Made by a program: the position numbers and the translations under genes. A model generated the notes under the pieces. It made no database searches and was not told where the DNA came from. It worked only from the letters and a program-made list of their open reading frames with translations. Below, piece after piece: positions 63,961 to 64,000 of a DNA stretch of 64,000 bases. This DNA is from Macrostomum lignano (lineage: Eukaryota): contig NIVC01001788.1 in assembly GCA_002269645.1 (NCBI GenBank), positions 38,077 through 102,076 on the forward strand. The letters are read 5' to 3'. How positions within the stretch are numbered: position 1 is the first letter of the stretch; each line of letters opens with the position of its first letter.

Positions 63961-64000
63961 TGGCCGCTTTTTAAACTATCTCCAACCTGCACTCAATTCG

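Overview
Eukaryotic (animal) genomic DNA, with GC-rich, mostly intron-poor coding exons set in AT-rich spacer and about 25 distinct mini/microsatellite arrays. The style suggests a free-living flatworm such as Macrostomum; this is inference from composition, not proof. Supported genes: two tandem RPLP1 copies (-); a FAM53/simplet-like exon (+); an intronless Hes/E(spl)-type bHLH-WRPW gene (-); a 3-exon DEG/ENaC channel (+) with an apparent 1-nt frameshift; a same-strand (-) cluster of HDDC2-like, PPOX, CUTA and a Rap1 C-terminal-domain exon; an invertebrate claudin (+); and the first two exons of a secreted CUB-domain protein (+), also with an apparent homopolymer frameshift. Mobile DNA: a mariner fossil, a 717-bp Tc1/IS630-like element with TA TSD, hAT- and MULE-type MITEs with perfect TSDs, RTE and other LINE remnants, a CORE-type SINE and two interspersed repeat pairs. 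Leading observations: (1) the minus-strand cluster looks like a trans-spliced operon in which three ORFs start at phase-0 splice acceptors without their own AUG; (2) a possible RCT-only Rap1; (3) an HDDC2 with a fused degenerate second HD domain; (4) a non-canonical RPLP1 C-terminus; (5) many unrelated satellites share a CTCAG or splice-site-like core. No CRISPR array, rRNA or intact tRNA was found. All homology calls come from remembered motifs, not database searches.
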